DNA of 64,000 nucleotides from NCBI GenBank assembly GCA_021199475.1, contig JAJQHZ010000085.1, forward strand, positions 34,089 to 98,088, written 5' to 3'. Numbering within the stretch: position 1 is the stretch's first letter; every line of letters starts with the position of its first letter. The notes under the pieces are model-generated. The model saw nothing but the letters and a program-made list of their open reading frames with translations. It had not been told where the DNA came from and did no database searches. The translations under genes were made by a program, and so were the position numbers. Of this stretch, positions 45,267 to 53,754 are shown one piece after another. Source of the stretch: Lachnospiraceae bacterium (GTDB lineage: Bacteria > Bacillota > Clostridia > Lachnospirales > Lachnospiraceae).

Positions 45267-46104
45267 ATCCGTCGATGAACGGAGGATTGGCGTGCACACG
45301 GAACCAGTAGGTATACAAATCCTCAAACCCAAGGGAGGTGTAAAGATTTTTGGCGATTGTATTTCCCTGGACAACCTGGAGATATGCATGGTTCGCCCCC
45401 TTTTTATGTGCTTCGGTAAGAAGCGTGCTGCAGATTGCTCGGGCGTAGCTTTTGTGACGGCAGCTGACATCCACATAAATGGCGTACAGGCCGACATGCC
45501 CGCGATCCAGAATTCCAAGTCCGGAAGCTACCATACGGCCATCGATTTCAATACTCGCAACAATGGTTTCCTTAGGGATGGCTTTGAACATAGAAGGCAC
45601 AATCCGGCGGAGGGTCGGATTGGTGGTGCCGTTCAGACGAAACAGAGACTGTATCCATTCGTCTGTGATGCGGTCCTGAAGCATGACGATGATATCCTCT
45701 GGATATACAACAAACGATGGCAGGCCTGAATTCCTGCCATAATATTCATACTCCGCCGATTCGGCAGGCCAGGGATGAAAATTCTGAAAATCCATGGTCA
45801 TCACTTCGGTGGTATGCTGAATTTCATAGCCCTTTTGTGTCAGAAGCCGGTCGAAGGACGGGTCAATCAGAGGGCTGATTTTAAAAATCGAAGGTGTGTG
45901 ATAATTCTGATATATTTTTTCACAGTAAGCGATTTTTTCTTCCACCGGGATCGAAGACGTGCCCACTTGCGTGACGCTGTTCGTGCGGTGTGTGTAATTG
46001 TGGGAAAAACGAATCAGCCAGCCGTCATAGAGCTCCATTTTATGGGATGGCCAGGCATTCAGGGAAATCTCCTCAATCAGTTTAATATATGCGGTGTTAT
46101 TCAT
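45265..46104 (-). CDS. GNAT family N-acetyltransferase
   Basis: 279-aa ORF with C-terminal acetyl-CoA-binding-like region (LYAIYVDVSCRHKSYARAICSTLL ... GFEDLYTYWFRV). Confidence 0.75.
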   Translation of the reverse strand: MNNTAYIKLIEEISLNAWPSHKMELYDGWLIRFSHNYTHRTNSVTQVGTSSIPVEEKIAYCEKIYQNYHTPSIFKISPLIDPSFDRLLTQKGYEIQHTTEVMTMDFQNFHPWPAESAEYEYYGRNSGLPSFVVYPEDIIVMLQDRITDEWIQSLFRLNGTTNPTLRRIVPSMFKAIPKETIVASIEIDGRMVASGLGILDRGHVGLYAIYVDVSCRHKSYARAICSTLLTEAHKKGANHAYLQVVQGNTIAKNLYTSLGFEDLYTYWFRVHANPPFIDG

Positions 46105-46337
46105 AATAGTACTCCTGTAAATGGCAGAATTCGGTTGTGTGTTTGCGGCACATTACCTGTTCATACATCACCAGCTCATCCATGCACAGAGGGCATGGAT
46201 GAAGACAAGGTCCCAGTTTCAAGAGGAGACCGTAGAGGTTCTGCACGAAATCGCGCGGCGATTATCAGCTGCACGGCTTTCAATGTATCATGAAACTGCG
46301 GTAGAATGCAAGAGGAAACAAAAAGGAAAACAGAAAG

Positions 46338-46464
46338 GACCAGGAAGGAGACCGAAAGGGACAGAAAGGAAATAGAAACGACCAGGAAGGAGACCGAAAG
46401 GGACAGAAAGGAAACAGAAACGACCAGGAAGGAGACAGAGGGGGGAGAGAAAGGAAACAGAAAC
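46338..46464 (+). repeat. 42-nt purine-rich tandem repeat x3 (third copy diverged)
   Basis: GACCAGGAAGGAGACCGAAAGGGACAGAAAGGAAAYAGAAAC. Confidence 0.9.
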
Positions 46465-46686
46465 GAAAAGACAGCGCCCGGTTGTTTTCAGCCGAAAAAT
46501 ATGTTATCCTGTCAGCATTCTAACAAACCGAATCGGGAAGCCTGCGAAAAAGAGCGGTCTATTGTGGCAATCTATATACGATTGACCGAATACGCAGTAT
46601 ACGTTGCGCTGGTGAATAGGTGCAGGTTCATTCGTGGCAATTCACACAGAGCTGTGAATCGCAGGAGCAGAGGCAGGAGGATAGAA

Positions 46687-47322
46687 ATGCAGGAAGCAAT
46701 TGATTTTTTGAAAAACAGACAGCCGGTCAATCTGGCGCTTGTTCTGGTCAATATTATTGTGTTTCTGGTGCTGAGCTTTATGGGCGATACGGAAAATGGT
46801 TATTTTATGCTGCTGCATGGAGCGGATTATGCGCCGTATGTGGTGGAATACGGACAATATTATCGGCTGGTCACCTGTATGTTTCTGCATTTTGGAATCC
46901 AGCATCTGTTCAACAATATGCTGGTGCTGATTTTTCTTGGGGATGATCTGGAAAGACTGGCCGGGAAGCTTCGGTTTCTGCTGATTTATTTTGGGGGCGG
47001 GATTGTCGGCAATATAGTATCCGTCGCTTACGATATGCGCACCGGGGAATACAGTGTCTCTGCGGGGGCTTCCGGCGCGGTTTTTGCCGTGATTGGTGCA
47101 CTGGCTGCGGTTGTGCTTCTGAATCGAGGGAAAATTCCGGCGTATACCAGAAAGCGAATGCTCCTGATGGTTTCCCTGTCGGTGCTGCAGGGACTGACCG
47201 CATCCGGTGTGGATAACTGTGCTCATATCGGAGGACTTGTCAGCGGCTTTTTGCTGGCAATGCTGTTCCATCGGAAGCTGACATTTGAGGCCAGAATACC
47301 GGTGGAGGATTTTCGGGACTGA
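46687..47322 (+). CDS. rhomboid family intramembrane serine protease
   Basis: ORF 46306-47322; ATG at 46687 after AGGAGG; motifs HFGIQHLFNNM, GASGAVFA, AHIGGL. Confidence 0.88.
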   Translation: MQEAIDFLKNRQPVNLALVLVNIIVFLVLSFMGDTENGYFMLLHGADYAPYVVEYGQYYRLVTCMFLHFGIQHLFNNMLVLIFLGDDLERLAGKLRFLLIYFGGGIVGNIVSVAYDMRTGEYSVSAGASGAVFAVIGALAAVVLLNRGKIPAYTRKRMLLMVSLSVLQGLTASGVDNCAHIGGLVSGFLLAMLFHRKLTFEARIPVEDFRD

Positions 47323-47433
47323 AAGGGTTACACGTAATGTAACCTTTGACCAATACCGGCGGATTCGAAATGCCTGATTGATATCGGTGCAAGCAGAACA
47401 TTTGACTTTTGTTACCTGAATCGGAATATTTGG

Positions 47434-47462
47434 TTGACAAATTTCGACAATTTTTTTAATAT
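47434..47462 (+). promoter_or_regulatory. sigma-A-type promoter upstream of HIT gene
   Basis: TTGACA - 17 nt - TAATAT. Confidence 0.6.
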
Positions 47463-47564
47463 GTCTATATAGTATGTAAAGCAAGCTTGTAACACAAGTA
47501 CCTGTATTCACGCAATGCAGTCCGGAAACTGTATTGCAGCAGCCTGAGGAAAGAAGGGATTATT

Positions 47565-47969
47565 TTGGAAGAAAACTGTATTTTCTGTAAAATCGCGAGG
47601 GGAGAGATTCCGTCAGCGACATTGTATGAGGATGAAGAGTTTCGTGTGATTCTGGATCTGGGGCCTGCCTCGAAAGGGCACGCGCTGGTGATTCCGAAGA
47701 TTCACGCGGCGAACCTGTTTGAACTGCCGGATGAGACAGCGGCGAAAGCGCTTGTGATAGCGAAGAAGGTTGCCACTCAGTTAAAAGAGGGTCTGCAGGC
47801 GGACGGATTAAATGTGGTTCAGAATAATGGAGCGGCGGCCGGACAGACCGTAGACCATTTCCATATTCATCTGATTCCGAGGTATGAGAATGATACGGTT
47901 AATGTGAAATGGGTGCCCGGAACCCTTGGCGAGGCAGATAAGGAGGATATTCTGAAATTATTCCGATAA
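47565..47969 (+). CDS. HIT family protein (histidine triad nucleotide-binding)
   Basis: 134-aa ORF (TTG start), CIFCKI and HFHIHLIPR triad. Confidence 0.9.
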   Translation: MEENCIFCKIARGEIPSATLYEDEEFRVILDLGPASKGHALVIPKIHAANLFELPDETAAKALVIAKKVATQLKEGLQADGLNVVQNNGAAAGQTVDHFHIHLIPRYENDTVNVKWVPGTLGEADKEDILKLFR

Positions 47970-47998
47970 GCATACTTGACGAAAGATAAAGGTGGATT

Positions 47999-48532
47999 AT
48001 GAAAAAGCGCTTTGAAGGGTGTTTTCGGAAATATCAGGATTTACTTATGTTTATTGTCTGGGAACGGACATCGGATTATGAGCTTGCGCAGGATATTCAG
48101 CAGCAGGAGTTTTGTGAGTTTTTGGTACACATGGAAGATGTGTCGCCAGAGTGGGAGAAAGCCTGGCTGATACGTTGCACGAAGAATGCCGTGGTCGATT
48201 ACCTGAGAGAAAAAGAGCGGTGGGGAGAGCTCCTGGCGGGTGATGAAAATGGCGACTGGATGGCGGCAGATTTTTCGGAGGACCTGAGCATCGAGGCTCT
48301 GGAGCTGAATCTCGTCACTAAGGAAATTGTCCAGCGCCTTCTTCACACGGTGAAGCATGTCAACATTCATTGGTATGAGGCTCTGAATCTGTATTTCATG
48401 GAGGATTTTACCTATGCGGAAACGGCAGAATACCTGAATGTATCTGAGCAGCTTGTGCGTTCGTGGGTATCCAGGGCAAAGGCATATGTAAAGGCAAAAC
48501 TCTGGAACGAATATTTGAAATGGAAACAGTAA
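47999..48532 (+). CDS. sigma-70 family (ECF-like) RNA polymerase sigma factor
   Basis: 177 aa; region 2-like (ELAQDIQQQEF ... WLIRCTKNAVVDYLR) and region 4 HTH (FTYAETAEYLNVSEQLVRSWVSRAK). Confidence 0.75.
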   Translation: MKKRFEGCFRKYQDLLMFIVWERTSDYELAQDIQQQEFCEFLVHMEDVSPEWEKAWLIRCTKNAVVDYLREKERWGELLAGDENGDWMAADFSEDLSIEALELNLVTKEIVQRLLHTVKHVNIHWYEALNLYFMEDFTYAETAEYLNVSEQLVRSWVSRAKAYVKAKLWNEYLKWKQ

Positions 48533-48551
48533 ATGCAGCCCGTGCGGGCGA

Positions 48552-48573
48552 GCCGGAGCCGTCAGGCTCCGGC
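48552..48573. terminator. hairpin between convergent sigma-factor gene and murG
   Basis: GCCGGAGCC / GGCTCCGGC 9-bp stem overlapping the murG stop. Confidence 0.5.
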
Positions 48574-49629
48574 AATTTCTTCAATCAGAGCAGTGATCTT
48601 CGCGACGGCATTGCTGGCGTCGCTGTGTTCCATAGCACTGATATAGGTCTCACGGTTCTGATAAAGGGTTTGGATTCGAGAGAGCAGAAGCTCGGGCGTG
48701 ATATCCTCTTCCATTAATACTTCGCTGAACCCCTGCTTTTCAAACGAACGGGAGTTTAATATCTGATCGCCGCGGCTGGAGGCTGCGGGCAGCGGAATCA
48801 GAAGATTTGGCTTGCGCAGATCAAGAAGCTCGCAGATGGCGTTGGCTCCTGCCCGGGAGACAACTACGTCAGCGAGTGCGAACAGATCCGGAAGCTCTTT
48901 CTGAATATATTCATATTGCACATATCCTGCGGTGTTCTCCAGGCTTTCATCCAGATTCCCTTTTCCGCAGAGATGGACGATCTGGAAGGTTTTCAGCAGC
49001 CCCGGTAGAATTCCGCGGATCGCCTGATTTACCGCCACCGAGCCAAGGCTGCCCCCGATGATGAGCAGTACAGGCTTTTCCTCCGTGAAACCACAGAAAC
49101 GCATCCCGGCGAGACGATTGCCGGCGTGAAGCTCTTCGCGGATAGGAGAGCCGGTGACAATAGCCTTTCCCTCGGGGAGAGAGGAGAGCGTCTCCGGGAA
49201 ATTACAGCAGATTTTTGTGGCTGCGGGGATAGAGAGCTTGTTTGCCAGCCCGGGTGTCATGTCCGATTCATGAATAATCACCGGTATATGCTGACTTTTT
49301 GCCGCCTGTACCACGGGGACCGCGACAAAGCCGCCTTTTGAGAAGATAATATTTGGCTGAAGCTTTTTTAACAGCTTTTTTGCCTCGGAATATCCCTTCA
49401 GTACACGGAACGGATCGGAAAAGTTTTTGAGGTCGAAATAACGGCGCAGCTTTCCGGAGGAAATACCGTAATAAGGAATGCCGAGATCTTCAATCAGCCC
49501 CTTTTCAATTCCATCATAGGAGCCAATGTAATGAATATCATAACCCAGTTCCCTCAGATGAGGCAAAAGTGCAATATTAGGTGTTACGTGTCCGGCAGTG
49601 CCGCCGCCGGTAAGAACAATTCGCTTCAT
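48562..49629 (-). CDS. murG: undecaprenyldiphospho-muramoylpentapeptide beta-N-acetylglucosaminyltransferase
   Basis: 355 aa, MKRIVLTGGGTAGHVTPNIAL, GT28 family features. Confidence 0.93.
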   Translation of the reverse strand: MKRIVLTGGGTAGHVTPNIALLPHLRELGYDIHYIGSYDGIEKGLIEDLGIPYYGISSGKLRRYFDLKNFSDPFRVLKGYSEAKKLLKKLQPNIIFSKGGFVAVPVVQAAKSQHIPVIIHESDMTPGLANKLSIPAATKICCNFPETLSSLPEGKAIVTGSPIREELHAGNRLAGMRFCGFTEEKPVLLIIGGSLGSVAVNQAIRGILPGLLKTFQIVHLCGKGNLDESLENTAGYVQYEYIQKELPDLFALADVVVSRAGANAICELLDLRKPNLLIPLPAASSRGDQILNSRSFEKQGFSEVLMEEDITPELLLSRIQTLYQNRETYISAMEHSDASNAVAKITALIEEIAGA

Positions 49630-50280
49630 TGAAATCCAATCTCCTTATTTTTCTCTTTATTCAATTCTGCCTGTTTATAGCAAACGACGTCAGTCGTTTT
49701 ACTTTGCGGCATTGCTTTCGTGCTATCTTTCCAGTTTACCCGTTCTCATAAAAAAGTCAAGAAAAGAATCGTTTGGCAGAGACTTAGCTGAAAAAACGTT
49801 CGGCAGCTGTTTGAAAATAACGCCAGGAAAATCGCCTGAGGAAAGATTATCAGAAAAAACTATATGAAAAAAATTGTGAGAAAATGACAGATTTTTACAA
49901 CAAATTACAAAAGTGGTGGTATGATGGCGAGTGACAATAATATTTTGTCTGTAACTATCATTATTGCGCATGGCCATCCGGAGGACGACAGTCGCCTGCA
50001 TTCGTCCAGTCCTTCTCTGGAGATCGTTCGAGGTTCTGCTCATCACTTTTATGGCTGGCGCAATGGCAAATGCTGTAAGACTGTTTGCCACCCTGATACA
50101 GGCGGATAGAAAGGGGGAATGGGATTCGGACGTCTGTAAAAGGGAAACTATTTCGTGCGGCAGAACCCGGTTTACTGTTGACTGATACGGGGACCTTGAA
50201 AAGCATTTACATACTACGCAGCAGCTGTTTTTCCGGGCGGAGGCTGGAATTCGGACGTACAATGATAAGATACAATGAAA

Positions 50281-50348
50281 GCCGCACAATGGAAAATCGC
50301 TTCGCGATTGGTGCGGCCTTCGTCCATACTCGCTTAGCGAGTACGGAC
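50281..50348 (+). repeat. A + B composite hairpin element outside the ribosomal operon
   Basis: A GCCGCAC-AATGGAA-AATCGC-TTC-GCGATT-G-GTGCGGC; linker CTTC; B GTCCATACTCGC-TTA-GCGAGTACGGAC then ATAAGA. Confidence 0.75.
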
Positions 50349-50547
50349 ATAAGATGCGTTACGTAAAACAGAATAGGAATCGATTAGGAAGGAATTTGTT
50401 TGGGGATGAACAAAAAAGCCTTCTTTTGCGCATTGAAATGTGCAGAATAGTAAGCGGAATATGCGGTATATTGGCGGGCCGGCAAGAATCCCCGGCCCGA
50501 ACCATTCTTGAAAAAATATTTCTGCCGCCCGCAAGCGGATGACTGGT

Positions 50548-50622
50548 GCAGATACCGGATGGCGCAGCTATGATGGTGTACAGAGCAGCAGATACCGGTT
50601 GGCGCGGTTAGGATGATGTACA
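50548..50622 (+). repeat. 35-nt direct repeat x2 at 40-nt period
   Basis: GCAGATACCGG(A/T)TGGCGC(A/G)G(C/T)TA(T/G)GATG(G/A)TGTACA. Confidence 0.85.
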
Positions 50623-50772
50623 ATGTAATTCTTTGTGGCTATTTTTGTGGGATGATGGTAGAATGGCATAAATGGAAGGAACATACAGCGATAGACAACA
50701 CGTTTGCTGCTTTAACGTATATGGATAGGATCGAACGCTGGAAATCGTTCGAAAAATGTTTCGACAGGCCAA

Positions 50773-50925
50773 AGATGAGAACGTATTAGAAGAGAAAGCG
50801 TCAGATGAGAAGGTATTAAATTGAGAAGACGTTAGAAGAGAAAGCGTCAGACGAGAAAACATTATTTGAGAAAGCATTACCTGAGAAAGTGTCGAATGAG
50901 AAATAATCAGATGAGAAAAAAATCA
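50773..50925 (+). repeat. array of ten 15-nt units each centred on GAGAA
   Basis: GAGAA at 50777, 50792, 50807, 50823, 50838, 50853, 50868, 50883, 50898, 50913 (spacing 15 nt, one of 16). Confidence 0.95.
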
Positions 50926-52200
50926 AAAACAGAATTTGATGATCAGAATATGCCGCGCGGGCGCTGGCTGCAGACGTTTGCGAGCATTCTTGTGCTGTGC
51001 GTAACGGTGGTGATCTGTGCATCATTGCTGTCGGGATATGGAATTGTGACGCGTGTGAAGTATCAGTTGACCGGCGGGGAGTCGACGTGGGAGCAGGCGG
51101 CAGAGGAGGAAGGATATGCTTCTGCAGCGGAGGAGTATTATTATGATAACCTGCCGGAGGAGCTGCATGAAGCGTACAGGGAGATTTATGTTCACCTGAT
51201 GCGCTATGAGGATTCTGGAGATTTCCTGACATCGGTGTCGGTGGATGATTTCTGGAGGACATATTATGCGGTTCTGGCGGATCATCCGGAGATTTTCTGG
51301 ACGGATACGAGTGCGCAGGTGGAGGAATCGGGTCTGACAGGGACTGTGGTGACGTATCATTTTGATGTGACGGTGGAAGTGGAGGATCGGGAGGCCATGC
51401 GCTCGGAGCTCGAAGCAGCGGCGGATGAGTGTATTGCGCAGATTCCATCTGATGCAACGGATTATGAAAAGATTAAGTCGGTCTATGAGTATATCATTGA
51501 TACGACGGATTATGACGCGGACAGCGTGGATTCACAGAATATCCAGAGCGCTCTTCTCTATCATTCTTCGGTCTGCGCCGGATATTCGAAAGCGTTTCAG
51601 TATATTCTTCACCGGATGGGGTTGTTTTGCACGTATATTACCGGAACGACGACCAACGGCGGAGATCATGGATGGAATATGGTGCGCATAGTGGATACGG
51701 AGCAATCGGAGGAGACGCTGGCAGGAATACCGGCGATAGAAGCGGAGGAAGCGTACTATTATGTGGATGTCACATGGGGCGATCCGGTCTTTGCGAGTGG
51801 TATGGGAGATTATGACACGGAAAGCACGATTAACTACAACTATCTTTGCTGCACCGAGTACGACCTTTTTAAAACGCATGTACCGGATGGCTCAATTGCA
51901 TTGCCGGAGTGTACTTCTGACGCTTATGACTACTACAAACGGAATGGATGCTACTATGAGCGCTTTGACTGGGATACAATCTACCAGGCGCTGATGGAAT
52001 CGGTTCAGGCGGGTGAGTCACGCATCATGATGAAGTTTGGAAGTGAGGAAGCTTATCAGGAGGCGCAGACCGAGCTCTTTGAGGGAACGCTGTTAAGCGA
52101 CGCGGGACAGTATCTGATGCGCCAGAACGGCGTGACCAGCTGGAATTACCGATACCATACGGATGATAACTTCTACCTGGTCACGATATATTGGAGCTGA
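50911..52200 (+). CDS. transglutaminase-like domain membrane-anchored protein
   Basis: ORF 50866-52200. Likely ATG at 50911 (MRKKSKTEF..., one TM). Cys-His-Asp core candidates VCAGYSKAF, DHGWNMV, DVTWGD. Confidence 0.75.
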   Translation: MRKKSKTEFDDQNMPRGRWLQTFASILVLCVTVVICASLLSGYGIVTRVKYQLTGGESTWEQAAEEEGYASAAEEYYYDNLPEELHEAYREIYVHLMRYEDSGDFLTSVSVDDFWRTYYAVLADHPEIFWTDTSAQVEESGLTGTVVTYHFDVTVEVEDREAMRSELEAAADECIAQIPSDATDYEKIKSVYEYIIDTTDYDADSVDSQNIQSALLYHSSVCAGYSKAFQYILHRMGLFCTYITGTTTNGGDHGWNMVRIVDTEQSEETLAGIPAIEAEEAYYYVDVTWGDPVFASGMGDYDTESTINYNYLCCTEYDLFKTHVPDGSIALPECTSDAYDYYKRNGCYYERFDWDTIYQALMESVQAGESRIMMKFGSEEAYQEAQTELFEGTLLSDAGQYLMRQNGVTSWNYRYHTDDNFYLVTIYWS

Positions 52201-52241
52201 TAGTTCGTATCGTCATTCCACTTACATTCGGCTGGGCAGAT

Positions 52242-52979
52242 TCACCGATAGGGATTCTGGTCTGCTTCGGCCAGCCAGGCGAGGATCCCCTCCACCAGCC
52301 GGACGCAGTGCCAGGCGGCTTCCCGTTCGAATGTTGGATAGTCCATGGAAGCGCTGTCATCTGCTTTATCAGAGATGGCACGCAGAATCACAAACGGAAG
52401 GTTGTTCAGGTAAGCGGCCTGCGCGATGGCTGCGCCTTCCATTTCCGTGCAGCTGCCGCCGAAATTCGTGATAATGCGGTTTTTCGTCTCTTTATCCGCG
52501 ATAAATTGGTCTCCGCTGGCAATTCTCCCATGAAATACGGAAATCTCCGGGTTCACCTCATGGCATACGCTCTCGGCCAATGCGGTCAGGTCCGGGTCTG
52601 CCTTGAAGGAAAAGACATTCATCTGTGGGATCTGTCCGAGCGGATATCCGAAATCCACTGCGTTCATATCATGGTGGAGGACATCCGTAGAAATCACAAT
52701 GTCGCCGATATCGATCTTTGCATCGAGCGAGCCGGCCACGCCGGTATTCATCACACAGTCCACACCGAACTCGTCCGCCAGAATCTGAGTGCATACGGCG
52801 GCGTTCACCTTGCCGATGCCGCTGCGAACGACGACAGCCGACATCCCGGACAGCGTGCCTTCACAGAAAACCATCTGTGCTTTTGTGACCTCGCGTGTGA
52901 CTGTCATATCTGCTTTCAATTGTTCAACTTCGATTTCCATCGCTCCGATGATTCCGATTTTTGTTATGGTGTTTTTCAT
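52242..52979 (-). CDS. mtnN: 5'-methylthioadenosine/S-adenosylhomocysteine nucleosidase
   Basis: 245 aa, KIGIIGAMEIEV ... GIGKVNAA ... TEMEGAAIAQ. Confidence 0.92.
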   Translation of the reverse strand: MKNTITKIGIIGAMEIEVEQLKADMTVTREVTKAQMVFCEGTLSGMSAVVVRSGIGKVNAAVCTQILADEFGVDCVMNTGVAGSLDAKIDIGDIVISTDVLHHDMNAVDFGYPLGQIPQMNVFSFKADPDLTALAESVCHEVNPEISVFHGRIASGDQFIADKETKNRIITNFGGSCTEMEGAAIAQAAYLNNLPFVILRAISDKADDSASMDYPTFEREAAWHCVRLVEGILAWLAEADQNPYR

Positions 52980-53218
52980 TTGAATGTCCTCTTTTCTTGA
53001 TGAGTTAGTATATCATATTGTAAAGAACGCTGATGCTGCTTTTTAATCGTTGTTCTGCTGTATTCCGGATATTTTCACAAATCCATTACATCTCATATCC
53101 GCTGCGCCTGCGAAGCTTCTCCTGTACGTTGCGTGAGCCGGTCCGGGAAGGAAGCGAAAACATGCAGTTTCAGGATTGCATGGATGGAAGGTATTATTCC
53201 CGCAAAACAAATTAAGGC

Positions 53219-53247
53219 TTGAATATCCCGGAGAAAAAGGATATACT
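53219..53247 (+). promoter_or_regulatory. sigma-A-type promoter
   Basis: TTGAAT - 17 nt - TATACT, 35 nt upstream of the next CDS. Confidence 0.65.
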
Positions 53248-53281
53248 CATAGGAAAGAAAAATCAGAAAGGAGACTTTCCT

Positions 53282-53524
53282 ATGGATTACAGGCCAAAGG
53301 GTGTCTGTTCCCAGAACATTCATATTGACATGGATGGAGAAACCATCAAACACGTAGAATTCCTGGGTGGCTGCTCCGGCAATACGCAGGGTGTGGCCCG
53401 TCTTGTTGAGGGGATGAAGGCGACGGATGCGATCGCAAAGCTTGAGGGCATTCGCTGCGGATTCAAACCGACGTCCTGTCCGGATCAGCTGGCACAGGCT
53501 TTGAAACTGGCGCTACAGCAGTAA
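53282..53524 (+). CDS. TSCPD-domain small protein (TIGR03905-like, 4 Cys)
   Basis: ORF 53219-53524, ATG at 53282; MDYRPKGVCSQNIHIDMDG ... GGCSGNTQG ... TSCPDQLA. Confidence 0.8.
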   Translation: MDYRPKGVCSQNIHIDMDGETIKHVEFLGGCSGNTQGVARLVEGMKATDAIAKLEGIRCGFKPTSCPDQLAQALKLALQQ

Positions 53525-53541
53525 TCTGCTGTAGCTTTTTT
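53512..53541 (+). terminator. rho-independent terminator
   Basis: GCTACAGCAG / CTGCTGTAGC 10-bp stem with the stop codon in the loop, then TTTTTT. Confidence 0.9.
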
Positions 53542-53598
53542 GATTAGAAATCTTTGCATTTCCTCTTTGGACATCTCTTCCATAAGTCCTCTTATCAT

Positions 53599-53754
53599 TT
53601 ATCCCTGTAAATCCTCTTCTAAATCCTTGAGTAGTTCGGTGATTTTTTTATCCGTATTTTCTTTATCAGGCTCCTCTTTTGCGTCCTTTAGCCCTCTGAT
53701 GATTTGCTTTATCCAGCTTTTGAACTGTAAATCAGTCATTCCCATTTCTTCCAT
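53599..53754 (-). CDS. hypothetical 51-aa protein
   Basis: Not in ORF track. Minus-strand ATG after GGAGAGGAGGA gives MEEMGMTDLQFKSWIKQIIRGLKDAKEEPDKENTDKKITELLKDLEEDLQG. Confidence 0.55.
   Translation of the reverse strand: MEEMGMTDLQFKSWIKQIIRGLKDAKEEPDKENTDKKITELLKDLEEDLQG

Noticed and set aside
45264-45267. One-base discrepancy: by my manual coordinate count the GNAT stop codon falls at 45264-45266, whereas the ORF track ends at 45265.
   Set aside because: This is most likely a counting slip on my side. The ORF-track coordinates are used because the other minus-strand genes check out exactly.
46306-46686. N-terminal extension of the rhomboid protease (ORF track starts at 46306). The same issue applies to the upstream extensions of ORFs at 25948, 23088, 21926, 17917, 10591, 11222 and 55773.
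   Set aside because: In every case an internal ATG or GTG with a strong Shine-Dalgarno gives the conserved N-terminus of the family. The upstream part is repeat-derived or has non-protein-like composition.
49900-49940. GTGGTGGTATGATGGCG looked faintly like a T-box (GGGTGGTACCGCG) motif.
   Set aside because: It differs at the conserved positions, has no specifier-loop/terminator architecture, and no aminoacyl-tRNA synthetase or amino-acid gene lies downstream.
50155-50185. GCAGAACCCGGTTTACTG resembles the conserved 3' ACAGAACCCGGCUUA element of RNase P RNA.
   Set aside because: The indispensable GAGGAAAGUCC element is absent; only GAGGAAAGATT is present at 49839. The other universally conserved regions cannot be placed, so this is a chance partial match.
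50773-50925. Possible CRISPR array, considered for the regularly spaced repeats here and at 54262-54347.
   Set aside because: The units are contiguous 14-16 nt repeats without unique spacers, far shorter than CRISPR repeats, and no cas genes are nearby.
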